Shown here: positions 54,145 to 62,506 of the stretch, piece after piece
How the letters are laid out: each line of letters starts with the position of its first letter
Numbering within the stretch: the stretch's first letter is position 1
Origin: an uncultured virus (IMG/VR IMGVR_UViG_3300005530_000001)
Taxonomy: Duplodnaviria; Heunggongvirae; Uroviricota; Caudoviricetes
DNA: 64,000 nt
Virus record (IMG/VR): IMGVR_UViG_3300005530_000001
Reading direction: 5' to 3' (one strand)
The notes under the pieces: model-generated
Told to the model about the DNA's origin: nothing
Databases searched by the model: none
Seen by the model: the letters and a program-made list of their open reading frames with translations, nothing else
Position numbers and translations under genes: made by a program

Positions 54145-55157
54145 GCCTCAAGGCGCAGTACATCAACGCGATCGAGCGGAAGCTCGCGTGGCTCCGGTTC
54201 ATCAAGAGCGATGTCGGCATCCGTCACTTCGCGAATGAGGGCTACGGCGCCGCCATCCCGATCTACCGCGGCATGCTGGAGGCCTCCGACACCTACTACA
54301 TGGAGCCGAAGTTCTCGGACCTGGTCGACCACGCTCGGAAGGAAATGCCCGCGGACATCCAGTTCGATCCGAAGTGGCTCCAGTCCGACACCGGCTTCAT
54401 CTGGCTCGACCAGCAGTTTGAGGTGCCGCGGAGCATGGTGGTTAACGGCGTGAAGCTCCCGCCGCAGTTCGTCCCCTACGTGCGGGCGATTGCCTGGCGC
54501 CCGATCCCTCCAGGAGAGAATGCGCACGTCTTCCCGCGATGGGAGGAGACGGAGCGCAAGCTAGTCAAGACACGGACCGGGATCATGGAGGCGCGGGAGA
54601 ACATTCCGCCGGGCTCCTTCCAGTTCGCCTGTTTCGAGACCATGTACTCGCACGTGACCGAGCGGGGCGGCTTCGGCTCCTGGTCCTACTTCATCCTGAC
54701 GCCCGGGGACCCATGCTCGGCACGGATCGAGCAGTTCGAGGAAATGGCCAACCGCGCCGCCGACGGGGGCGCCTACATCGTGGACGAGCGTCGGAGCGTT
54801 CTGCACGAGATCCGCTGGGTCTACGCCGCCTTGCATCTCATGTCGCTGCGCCTGGCCACCACGGTGACCCATGCCACCGATCGGGCGACCCGCCGCCGGG
54901 CCGAGCGCGAAGGCCAGCAGGCGCCGCCGAATATCCGCGTCATCACCCTCCGGCGCCTGGAACAGGACCGCCAGCGGGAGGCTCCGGCGGGCGCCGTGGA
55001 CTGGCAGTGGCAGTGGGAGGTCCGCGGCCACTGGCGGAACCAGTTCTATGCGAGCGAGGGCACCCACAAGCCGGTCTTCATCGAGGCCTATATCAAGGGG
55101 CCCGAGGACAAGCCGCTGAAGCCAGGCGCGCTCAAGCTCTTCGTCGGCAAGCGATGA
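54141..55157 (+). CDS. conserved phage protein with C-terminal VRGHWR motif
   Basis: RVITLRR, W.VRGHWRNQ.Y....HKP.FI..Y.KGP; GGAGG RBS. Confidence 0.7.
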   Translation: MSLKAQYINAIERKLAWLRFIKSDVGIRHFANEGYGAAIPIYRGMLEASDTYYMEPKFSDLVDHARKEMPADIQFDPKWLQSDTGFIWLDQQFEVPRSMVVNGVKLPPQFVPYVRAIAWRPIPPGENAHVFPRWEETERKLVKTRTGIMEARENIPPGSFQFACFETMYSHVTERGGFGSWSYFILTPGDPCSARIEQFEEMANRAADGGAYIVDERRSVLHEIRWVYAALHLMSLRLATTVTHATDRATRRRAEREGQQAPPNIRVITLRRLEQDRQREAPAGAVDWQWQWEVRGHWRNQFYASEGTHKPVFIEAYIKGPEDKPLKPGALKLFVGKR

Positions 55158-55164
55158 AGGGGGC

Positions 55165-55193
55165 TGGCCAATGGACATTGACTGTGCTATACC
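55165..55193 (+). promoter_or_regulatory. degenerate promoter copy P10
   Basis: TGGACA TTGACT GTGC TATACC upstream of the recombination operon. Confidence 0.65.
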
Positions 55194-55257
55194 TCACGGT
55201 GACCCAGGTGCCGTCGAACCGATGGGGACGGCGTCGGGACAGGAGAACGTCACGCTT

Positions 55258-55587
55258 ATGGCACGCAAGGCGAAGGCCAAAAAGCCCGCGGCGGTCACGC
55301 AGCCCCCGCGGTGTCGCGTCCGCGATCACACGGGCCAGTGCGCCCGACGACAGGCGGTGCTGGACAAGGGGCTCTGCACGGCCCACTACAAGCGGCTGCA
55401 GCGCACGGGGAAGGTCGGGCCCGCCAAACTCGGCGCCTGGCACCGGATTCCGGCGCCGGTCGAGATCGGCGGCGACCCCAACCACTGCAAGGTCCGCGGG
55501 TGTCAGGAGCCCGTCGTCTACCGACGGCAGCGGCTCTGCCGCCCCCACTACAGAGCGCACCACAGGAAGAAGGAGCAGGTGGCATGA
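55258..55587 (+). CDS. basic tandem zinc-finger protein, putative DNA-binding regulator
   Basis: two C.V..C...LC..HY.R modules; AGGAG RBS. Confidence 0.65.
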   Translation: MARKAKAKKPAAVTQPPRCRVRDHTGQCARRQAVLDKGLCTAHYKRLQRTGKVGPAKLGAWHRIPAPVEIGGDPNHCKVRGCQEPVVYRRQRLCRPHYRAHHRKKEQVA

Positions 55588-56672
55588 GTGACGAGCACGA
55601 GCAGCTTCCGGCGAAGACTACCGTCGACGTAAGTAAGATGCAGCAGGCGCTGACGGCGGTCACCGAGCCCACGTCCGGGCTCGACATGATGACGCTGGCC
55701 ACGGTGATGGCGCAGAGCGGAATGTTCCCCGACATCAAGAGCGCCAGTCAGGGCGTGGTGAAGATCCTGGCGGGGCGGGAGTTGGGCTTCCCACCCATCG
55801 CCTCGCTGCGCCACATCTACATGCAGAACGGCCATATCGGCGTGCAGGCCACGCTGATCGCCTCGAAGATCCGATCGAGCGGACGCTACGACTACAAGGT
55901 CCTCACGTCCAACGACGAGACCTGCGAGATCGAGATCACCCGGAAGAACGGCACCGGCTGGGTCTCGCTGGGCGTGGTGAGCTTCACGATGGCCGAGGCC
56001 AAGCGGGCCAAGCTCGTGAGAGAGCGCGGCTCCTACGAGACCTATCCGCCCGACATGCTCTTCGCGCGGGCCATCTCGCGCGCGCAGCGGCGCCACTGCC
56101 CGGATCTCTTCGCGCAGACGGTCTACTCGTTGGAAGACCTGAAGAGCATGCGGGAGGAGGGGCTGGACGGGCCGGAGGGCAACCCGGTGCCGGACATGAT
56201 GCCCCGGGAGAAGGTCGACCCGGGCGCGGACGCGCACGAGACGGACAGGGCAACGGGCGAAGCGATGGAGGACCACGAGGCCGCGGGCGGCGGGGTCGAC
56301 CCCGGCGCAGCGTCCGCCGCGGCTGGGGCCCCGGTGGCGGCCGACGTCGCGCCCTCGGCGGAGACCTCCCGGGAGTCCGAACCCCCCAAAGAACCGTCGA
56401 AGTCCGGTGATGAGCCGGGCCGTGCGCCGACGCCGCCGCCCGCGAAGGGCACCACGTTCGAGATCAACGGCGTGGCCTACCACACGGCGGGCATCACCAA
56501 GGAGCAGTTGATGGGCACGCTCAGGAAGGCGCCGAAGGTCGACGCCAAGCACGGCAAAGGCTACGCCGCCAAGCTGCTGCTCACGGAGTTCGAGGTGCAG
56601 ACGCGCGTGGACCTGACGAGCGAGCAGGCCGAGCAGTACCTCGTCCGGCTGGACGAGATCCTCAGCGCGTGA
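55584..56672 (+). CDS. RecT/Redbeta-like single-strand annealing protein
   Basis: SG.FP, KI.AG.ELG..P..SL..I, FT.AEA..A.L, YP..ML.ARA...A.R..CPD; disordered acidic linker. Confidence 0.75.
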   Translation: MSDEHEQLPAKTTVDVSKMQQALTAVTEPTSGLDMMTLATVMAQSGMFPDIKSASQGVVKILAGRELGFPPIASLRHIYMQNGHIGVQATLIASKIRSSGRYDYKVLTSNDETCEIEITRKNGTGWVSLGVVSFTMAEAKRAKLVRERGSYETYPPDMLFARAISRAQRRHCPDLFAQTVYSLEDLKSMREEGLDGPEGNPVPDMMPREKVDPGADAHETDRATGEAMEDHEAAGGGVDPGAASAAAGAPVAADVAPSAETSRESEPPKEPSKSGDEPGRAPTPPPAKGTTFEINGVAYHTAGITKEQLMGTLRKAPKVDAKHGKGYAAKLLLTEFEVQTRVDLTSEQAEQYLVRLDEILSA

Positions 56673-57241
56673 GCTACCCGCGGGTCTCGGCCATTCTCTC
56701 GGACCTGGGCTTCGCCAGCGGCTGGGGGACGGCCTACCATCTGGAGCGCGGCACGGCGCTCCATCTCGCGATCAACATGGATCTGCGCGGGCGACTCGAT
56801 GAAGACTCGGTGCATCCGGCCGTCGCGCCGGGCTTCGCGGCCTGGCGGCGGTTCCGCGAGCAGGCCCGCCCCGAACTGATCATGGCCGAGTGTGAACTGC
56901 GCGATCCGCTCTGGCGCTTCCAGGGGCACCCCGATCTGATCGCCCGGATCAACGGCATGGCCACGCTGATCGACTACAAGTACACCGAAAGTCCGGATCT
57001 GCCGTACTGTCGGCTCCAGTTGGCGGCCTATGCCCACCTCTGGGAAGCGTTCACGCGCAGCGTGCCGGACCTGGCCTACCCCAGCCTCTCGGCGGCCTTT
57101 GTGCTACAACTCACTCCGAGCGGGCGCTTTCAGTTGCACCCCCTGACCCTCACGGATCTGATCGAGCCCCGCCAAGACTTCCTCGCCGCGGTGCGTGTCT
57201 GGCACGCGCTGCAGGCGCGGAGAAAGACGACGCCCGCATGA
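56669..57241 (+). CDS. PD-(D/E)xK exonuclease (Cas4/RecB-like)
   Basis: P.VS.IL, RGT..H, E, G.PDL, IDYK, QL.AY. Confidence 0.85.
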   Translation: MSYPRVSAILSDLGFASGWGTAYHLERGTALHLAINMDLRGRLDEDSVHPAVAPGFAAWRRFREQARPELIMAECELRDPLWRFQGHPDLIARINGMATLIDYKYTESPDLPYCRLQLAAYAHLWEAFTRSVPDLAYPSLSAAFVLQLTPSGRFQLHPLTLTDLIEPRQDFLAAVRVWHALQARRKTTPA

Positions 57242-57933
57242 CGACGACGGCCCTCACGGTCCCGAAGGAAGCCAACGAAGTAGCCGAAGAAGGCCTCATC
57301 CTGATCACCCAGGCCGATGAACTGGTGGTCACGGACGCGGAGAGCTTCGAGCAGGGCGGGCAGTTCCTGCTCGTGCTCAAGAAGTATCAGAAGCGCGTGC
57401 GCGAGATCATGGACCCGATCGTGAAGGCTGCCGATGCGGCCCACAAGGTCGCGGTGCGCCAGCGCGGCGTCCTGCTCGATCCCGCCGTCCAGGCGGAGAC
57501 CATCGTCAAGGGGCGCCTCACGGCCTGGGAGCAAGCCGAGCAGGCGCGCCTCAAGGCCGCCGCGCAGCAGAGCGAAGAGACCGCCCGGCGGCTGGCGGAG
57601 CAGGCCAAGCAGGCGGAGGTTGCACGGCTCGAAGCCGAAGGGCAGGAGGCGCGCGCTGCCGCCGTGCGCGCCGCGCCGCCGCCCGTCGTGCTCACGCCGC
57701 CTGTGCCCACGATGCCGAAGGTGGCGGGCGTGAGCTTCCGGGACCACTGGACGGCGAAGGTGGTGGATTTCCGCAAGCTGGTGGAGGCGGTGGCGAAGGG
57801 CGAGCAGCCGCTGGACCTCCTCCAGGCGGATCAGTCGGCGCTCGACGCGCTGGCGCGGACCTTCAAGCAGCATCTCAACGTGCCGGGCGTCGAGGCCAAG
57901 CACGAACGCATTGCCGGAGGGAGCGGGCGATGA
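57238..57933 (+). CDS. Mu Gam-like coiled-coil protein
   Basis: long coiled coil, GVS.R..W...VVD, VPGV C-terminus; next to the recombinase/nuclease. Confidence 0.5.
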   Translation: MTTTALTVPKEANEVAEEGLILITQADELVVTDAESFEQGGQFLLVLKKYQKRVREIMDPIVKAADAAHKVAVRQRGVLLDPAVQAETIVKGRLTAWEQAEQARLKAAAQQSEETARRLAEQAKQAEVARLEAEGQEARAAAVRAAPPPVVLTPPVPTMPKVAGVSFRDHWTAKVVDFRKLVEAVAKGEQPLDLLQADQSALDALARTFKQHLNVPGVEAKHERIAGGSGR

Positions 57934-58289
57934 GGCACATTCTGCGATTGAACCGGCAGGACATCGTGAACTTCACGCGGGGCGAGCCGCTCGACTTTCG
58001 GCTCGGCGACGAGTTGATCACCTGGGAGTTCGAGACGCCAACGCGGGCGCGGGCGACCAACGGCGCGCACCCCGACAGCCCGCCCCCGCTCGCGCATACC
58101 AAGAAGAAGAACGGCACGCGTCGGATGCACAGCCCGGCCTTCAAGCGGGCGGCGGTGACGCGCTACCTGCGCGGCAAGACCAACGGCAAGGAGACCGGGC
58201 AGGACATCGCCGACGACCTCAAGATCAGCCGAGGGCTCCTCACGGCCTGGGCCGAGAAGCTGGGCGGCGACACGAAGGCGAAGGCATGA
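57930..58289 (+). CDS. HTH DNA-binding protein
   Basis: HS.AFK..AV...IA.DL.IS...L..W. Confidence 0.7.
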   Translation: MRHILRLNRQDIVNFTRGEPLDFRLGDELITWEFETPTRARATNGAHPDSPPPLAHTKKKNGTRRMHSPAFKRAAVTRYLRGKTNGKETGQDIADDLKISRGLLTAWAEKLGGDTKAKA

Positions 58290-58507
58290 GCGCGCTGCCG
58301 TTGCCTCGCCTGAAGCACGAGCCGCGTCGCTGCAACGTCTGCGGCAGTCCCTACGCGCGGCGGAATCTGGTCGAGTCCTGGACGAGCCAGCACGCGGGCT
58401 CGCGCGTGGGCTGGGTGAAGACCACGATCCGCGTCTGCACGCGCTGCAGTCCGGAGGCCCGGTCCCGGCGTGTGGTGATCCTCGCCACGCAGCAGCGGCG
58501 GCCCTGA
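58286..58507 (+). CDS. small zinc-binding protein
   Basis: CNVC...RRNLV...VCTRC; similar to 60491. Confidence 0.55.
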   Translation: MSALPLPRLKHEPRRCNVCGSPYARRNLVESWTSQHAGSRVGWVKTTIRVCTRCSPEARSRRVVILATQQRRP

Positions 58508-58509
58508 CC

Positions 58510-58746
58510 GTGCCGCCCGTGCGCTGCGAGTCCTGTCGGCTCGGGCTCCTGCACCGGCACTGCCGCATCGCCGACTGCGGGCGGCCGATCGATCTCGAAG
58601 AGACGGAGTGCCGAATCTGTGGCCATCGACCCCTCAACGCCTGGGCTGGCGTGGGCTTCCTGCTCCTTGCCGTGCTTCTCTGGGGCGTCGCGCTCACCAT
58701 GGGCCATCTCTTCCTGCAGCCGCTCCTGGCGCGGTGGCTGCCGTGA
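58510..58746 (+). CDS. zinc-ribbon plus TM protein
   Basis: CESC, C...C, CRIC then a hydrophobic segment. Confidence 0.5.
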   Translation: MPPVRCESCRLGLLHRHCRIADCGRPIDLEETECRICGHRPLNAWAGVGFLLLAVLLWGVALTMGHLFLQPLLARWLP

Positions 58747-60494
58747 GAACCCTCGACGTCGCCCCCGGGCTCAGGCTGCCCGCGCAGGTGGTGACCGAAC
58801 GCGTGGCCTTCCTCGGGCGCACCGGCAGCGGCAAGACCTATGCGGCCCAGAAGCTCGCGGAGGAGATGTTCCGCGTCGGCGGGCAGTTCGTCGTGCTGGA
58901 CCCGGTCGGCGTATGGTATGGGCTCCGCCTCGCCCGCGACGGCCGGGCGCCCGGGCTCGCGGTCCCGGTCCTGGGCGGGCTCAAGGGCGACATCCCGCTG
59001 GAGGCAGGGGCGGGCGCGATGATCGCCAACCTGGTGGTGGACCGCGGCGTCTCCGTGGTCCTGGACGTGAGCCAGTTCGAGAGCGACGCCGACAAGGCGC
59101 GCTTCGCGCAGGCTTTCGCGGAGCGCTTCTTCTTCCGCAAGAAGGCGGCGCCCTCGGCCGTCCATCTGTTCATCGAGGAGGCGCAGGAGTTCGTGCCGCA
59201 GAATCCGCAGCGCGAGGAGGCGCGGATGCTGCACGCCTTCACGCGCATGGTGAAGATCGGGCGGAACTTCGGCATCGGGATCTCGCTCTTGTCCCAGCGG
59301 CCCCAGGAGGTCAACAAGAAGGTCCTGAACCTGACCGAACTGCTCTTCGCCTTCCAACTCACCGGCCCCCAGGAGCGGAAGACGATCCAGGGCTGGATCG
59401 CGGAGAAGGGGCTCGATGAGGACATCGCGGGCGAACTGCCGAAGCTCGCGGTGGGGCATCCGCACGTGTGGTCTCCGGCCTGGCTGAAGATCTCCCAGGT
59501 GGTGGCCATCGGGCGCAAGGAGACCTTCGACGCCTCCAGCACGCCGCGGCTCGGCAAGCGGGCCGATACGCGCGCGCTCTCGCCGATCGACCTGGAGCGG
59601 CTGCGTGTCGACATGGCGGCGACCATCGAGAAGGCCAAGGCCGATGACCCCAAGGAACTGCGCCGCCGGATCGCCGAGCTAGAGCGCCAGAAGCCTCCGA
59701 CGGCCCCCGCGCCGCTGCCGGTCGACCGCATTCGCCGCGTCGAGGTCCCGGCGCTGGCGCCCAAGCTGATGCAGCGCATGGAGCGGCTGGCCGCGAAGAT
59801 GATCGGGGAAGCGGCCACCCATGGCCAGGCGATGGCGCTGTACTGGAGCGAGCAGGAGAAGTGCTGGCAGGCGGTGATCGCCGCGCTCCGGGCCGTGCAG
59901 CAGGCCCAGCAGGCGCCCCAGCGGGTGGCGGGGAGTCCGCCCATCGAGCACTATGCGCTGCGCCCGGGCCCGATCATGCCCCCGCCGTCAGCGGAGGTGA
60001 CGGTGACCCCGATCCATCGGGCGGGGGCCCTCGACCAGAAGATCCTCGATGCGCTGGCCTGGTGGAAGGCGGCAGGCGAGGAGTTCCCGCGGCGCCAGCA
60101 GGTGGCCTTCGTGGCGGGCCGGACCATCGGCGGCCACTTCAACAACGTGGTGAGCCACCTGCACACCCAGCACTTCATCGCCTATCCGGCGGCGAACCGG
60201 CTCACGCTCACGGAGGCCGGAGCGGCCAAGGCGCGGGCGCACGCTCCGGCCACGCAGGCGGCGCTGATCGAGATGATCCGCGGCGTCCTCGGCACGGACA
60301 TGAAGCGGCAGATCTTCGACATCCTGGTCGACGCGGGCAAGCCGATCAGCCGCGCGGAGTTGTCTCAGCGGGTCGGGCGCACGGTCGGGGGGCACTTCAA
60401 CAACATGGTCTCGCGCCTCTCCAGCCTCGGCATCGTGCACTACCCGAGCCCGGGGATGGTGGAATTGTCGGACCTGGTCACGGCGGTCTCATGA
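58743..60494 (+). CDS. HerA/FtsK-like (DUF87) ATPase with two C-terminal winged helices
   Basis: GRTGSGKT, VVLDP.G, LFIEEA, GRNFGIG, SQRP; duplicated VGRT.GGHFNN.VS.L. Confidence 0.8.
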   Translation: MRTLDVAPGLRLPAQVVTERVAFLGRTGSGKTYAAQKLAEEMFRVGGQFVVLDPVGVWYGLRLARDGRAPGLAVPVLGGLKGDIPLEAGAGAMIANLVVDRGVSVVLDVSQFESDADKARFAQAFAERFFFRKKAAPSAVHLFIEEAQEFVPQNPQREEARMLHAFTRMVKIGRNFGIGISLLSQRPQEVNKKVLNLTELLFAFQLTGPQERKTIQGWIAEKGLDEDIAGELPKLAVGHPHVWSPAWLKISQVVAIGRKETFDASSTPRLGKRADTRALSPIDLERLRVDMAATIEKAKADDPKELRRRIAELERQKPPTAPAPLPVDRIRRVEVPALAPKLMQRMERLAAKMIGEAATHGQAMALYWSEQEKCWQAVIAALRAVQQAQQAPQRVAGSPPIEHYALRPGPIMPPPSAEVTVTPIHRAGALDQKILDALAWWKAAGEEFPRRQQVAFVAGRTIGGHFNNVVSHLHTQHFIAYPAANRLTLTEAGAAKARAHAPATQAALIEMIRGVLGTDMKRQIFDILVDAGKPISRAELSQRVGRTVGGHFNNMVSRLSSLGIVHYPSPGMVELSDLVTAVS

Positions 60495-60718
60495 GCGCCC
60501 GCGAGGCCCGGCGGTGGAAGCCCTACGGCGCCAAGACCGTCGAGCGGTACCACTGTGACTTCTGCGGCTGTAGTTCGCGGCGGAACCTGGTCGGCTGGTT
60601 TTACCGCGGGATCGACGGCGGAACCCATCGCTGGACCCAGCGCATCTGCGGAGCCTGCGCCACACCGACGCTGCCGGGCCCCACGGAGAAGCTCCACCGG
60701 AGCGCGTCAGCCTCATGA
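60491..60718 (+). CDS. small zinc-binding protein
   Basis: CDFC...RRNLV...ICGAC. Confidence 0.55.
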   Translation: MSAREARRWKPYGAKTVERYHCDFCGCSSRRNLVGWFYRGIDGGTHRWTQRICGACATPTLPGPTEKLHRSASAS

Positions 60719-61209
60719 TGCGCGCGCCGGACTTCGAGGGGCTCCATGGCCGGGCCTGGCGGATCGCGATTCGTCCGGAAGATCGTCAGCGTCCCGCCCA
60801 GGCCGCCTCCCTTGCGGGCTGGCACCTCCACTGCCCGCAGGCCCATCCGTTCTGGTCCTGGTACATGGTCACGCTCATTCATCTCCGCGAGATCCCGGGC
60901 ACCCCGCCCCCGACCCTCCACGCGCCGGGCAATTCGCACGAGTGCATCGTCATGTCGTTAAATCCCGATCATCCGCTCGTGGAGCCGGGACGCATCCAAC
61001 ACCCGCTCCACTATCTGGAGCCCTTCGATCACGTGCTCCAGTTCGGCGGGACCACGGACGCTCAGGCCATCCAGGTCATCGAGCTATACCTGCGGGCCTG
61101 CGTGAACGGCCACCTGTCGCCCGATTCCGATTGGCGCCGGGCGTGGAGGGACCTGTTGCCAGGGACGATCGAGCACGTCGTGACCGGGACGCACGACACC
61201 CCATGGTGA
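60715..61209 (+). CDS. hypothetical protein (HP.WS.Y...IHLR...LSPDSD.R..W)
   Basis: 164 aa; ATGA coupling. Confidence 0.7.
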   Translation: MMRAPDFEGLHGRAWRIAIRPEDRQRPAQAASLAGWHLHCPQAHPFWSWYMVTLIHLREIPGTPPPTLHAPGNSHECIVMSLNPDHPLVEPGRIQHPLHYLEPFDHVLQFGGTTDAQAIQVIELYLRACVNGHLSPDSDWRRAWRDLLPGTIEHVVTGTHDTPW

Positions 61210-61249
61210 CCAAGGACCGCGAGTATCTCACGCCCGAGAAAGGAGCCCC

Positions 61250-61399
61250 ATGGACGAGAAGCTGGAGAGTCTGTTCGAGCGCCTGGAAAAGCTGATCGGG
61301 AAGTGGCTGGAGGAGTTCGAGGCCCACCCGTTGCGGGCGGGCCTGCGCGTGATCATCGTCCTCTACTGCATCAAGATGGCGCGGGGAGTGCTCCGGTGA
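61250..61399 (+). CDS. 49-aa hypothetical protein
   Basis: AAAGGAG RBS; absent from the ORF track. Confidence 0.55.
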   Translation: MDEKLESLFERLEKLIGKWLEEFEAHPLRAGLRVIIVLYCIKMARGVLR

Positions 61400-61611
61400 A
61401 GGGCGTCGTGCTGCTCATCGCCGTCATGCTCGGGGCGGCCTACGCCCTGGGCGCCCTCCTACGGACCACCCACGAACTCCAAGATCACCTGCTCCTCGCC
61501 TCGTTCGTGCCCTGGACGCTCGTCTCAATCGTGTCCGCCTATCACCTGCTGGGCCAGTCGTGCTTCATCTGTGGCCAGAAGAAAAGCTGCCGGAACTGCG
61601 GCCAGCATTAA
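61396..61611 (+). CDS. 2-TM protein with Cys-rich tail
   Basis: GTGA coupling; CFIC..CRNC. Confidence 0.55.
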   Translation: MKGVVLLIAVMLGAAYALGALLRTTHELQDHLLLASFVPWTLVSIVSAYHLLGQSCFICGQKKSCRNCGQH

Positions 61612-61855
61612 GGGGCCCGCGTCGGTCACCGAGCTTCGGCCGCGCCCGGGCCCGGCGCTCGCCGACGTCCGCACCGAGCGGTTCGAGTTCGCGGACGGCT
61701 ACCGCGGCGTGATGGCGCGCTTGACCTGGGGGCGCGCCGAAGTGCTCTGTACGGAATGGCCGGGGACCTTGCTGGCCATGCTGCGCGCGGGCGTGCTGGG
61801 GCCCGAGGCGCGGGAGGAAGCGGAGATCTTGAATGCGGAGGAGGTTGGGGGATGA
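61571..61855 (+). CDS. hypothetical protein
   Basis: 94 aa; start uncertain. Confidence 0.45.
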   Translation: MARRKAAGTAASIKGPASVTELRPRPGPALADVRTERFEFADGYRGVMARLTWGRAEVLCTEWPGTLLAMLRAGVLGPEAREEAEILNAEEVGG

Positions 61856-62169
61856 CCTGTCCCATTCCCGGCTGTGGTCACACGCTGCCGTGTCCCTGGC
61901 ACAAATCGCGCCGCCGCCCGACGGAGGACGACGATCGGCGCATCTCCAAGGACCAGCGCCGCGCCCAGGTCCTCGCCGTCCTGGTTGCGCACGCGGGCCA
62001 GTGGGTGCCGGGGCCCGAGTTGGCCACGCCCGCGGTCGGCGGCAGTGAAGGCCTGCGCCGCGTCCGCGAGCTACGCGAGCCCCGTTACGGCGGCTACAAG
62101 TACGAGCGCCGCCGCATGTCCGGCTCGGACGCCTACGAGTACCGGCTGCCGAAGGACGGGCAGGACTAG
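61852..62169 (+). CDS. winged-HTH protein
   Basis: VL..L....G.WV...EL....GG....RR.RELR...Y.RR....EYRL. Confidence 0.65.
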   Translation: MTCPIPGCGHTLPCPWHKSRRRPTEDDDRRISKDQRRAQVLAVLVAHAGQWVPGPELATPAVGGSEGLRRVRELREPRYGGYKYERRRMSGSDAYEYRLPKDGQD

Positions 62170-62447
62170 TGGCTCGCGCCTGGTCCGACAACGAAGAGGC
62201 CTCGCCGCTGGCCCGCGCCCGCGGTGTCGCCCGCGCGCTCTGGCAGCAGTTCCACCGCGCGCTCGACCGGAAGTATTACCTGGTCGCCACGCTCCGGCAT
62301 GACCGGCGCCTGACCCCCGAGGATCAGCACCGGATCGGCGGCATCCTGGCTGAGATCAATGAGCACCTGGGGGAGTTGGATGGGCGCCTGGAGGCGGCAG
62401 AGCTAGTAATCAAACGGATCTTGACAAGGACGAGCCACGAACAGTAG
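62169..62447 (+). CDS. hypothetical coiled-coil protein
   Basis: 92 aa; 1-nt overlap with upstream stop. Confidence 0.55.
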   Translation: MARAWSDNEEASPLARARGVARALWQQFHRALDRKYYLVATLRHDRRLTPEDQHRIGGILAEINEHLGELDGRLEAAELVIKRILTRTSHEQ

Positions 62448-62450
62448 TCT
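62421..62450 (+). promoter_or_regulatory. sigma70-like promoter for the ParB-like gene
   Basis: TTGACA-18 nt-TAGTCT. Confidence 0.55.
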
Positions 62451-62464
62451 CCCAACCCAGTACC

Positions 62465-62485
62465 CGCGCACCAATGTGGTGCGCG
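62465..62485 (+). repeat. inverted repeat, copy 1
   Basis: CGCGCACC aatgt GGTGCGCG. Confidence 0.7.
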
Positions 62486-62506
62486 CAACCCAAAGGGAGG
62501 TAGCGC

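Noticed and set aside
43305..55193. Repeated ~45-bp element as a CRISPR array or integron attC set
   Set aside because: Spacing is irregular (hundreds to thousands of bp), copies are not palindromic, both orientations occur, and they match -35/-10/RBS; no cas or integron integrase seen
56669..57241. CRISPR Cas4
   Set aside because: No four-Cys Fe-S cluster pattern or cas context; position next to the RecT-like gene indicates a recombination exonuclease
57930..58289. IS3-type transposase
   Set aside because: Only an HTH is present; no DDE domain, terminal inverted repeats or target duplication
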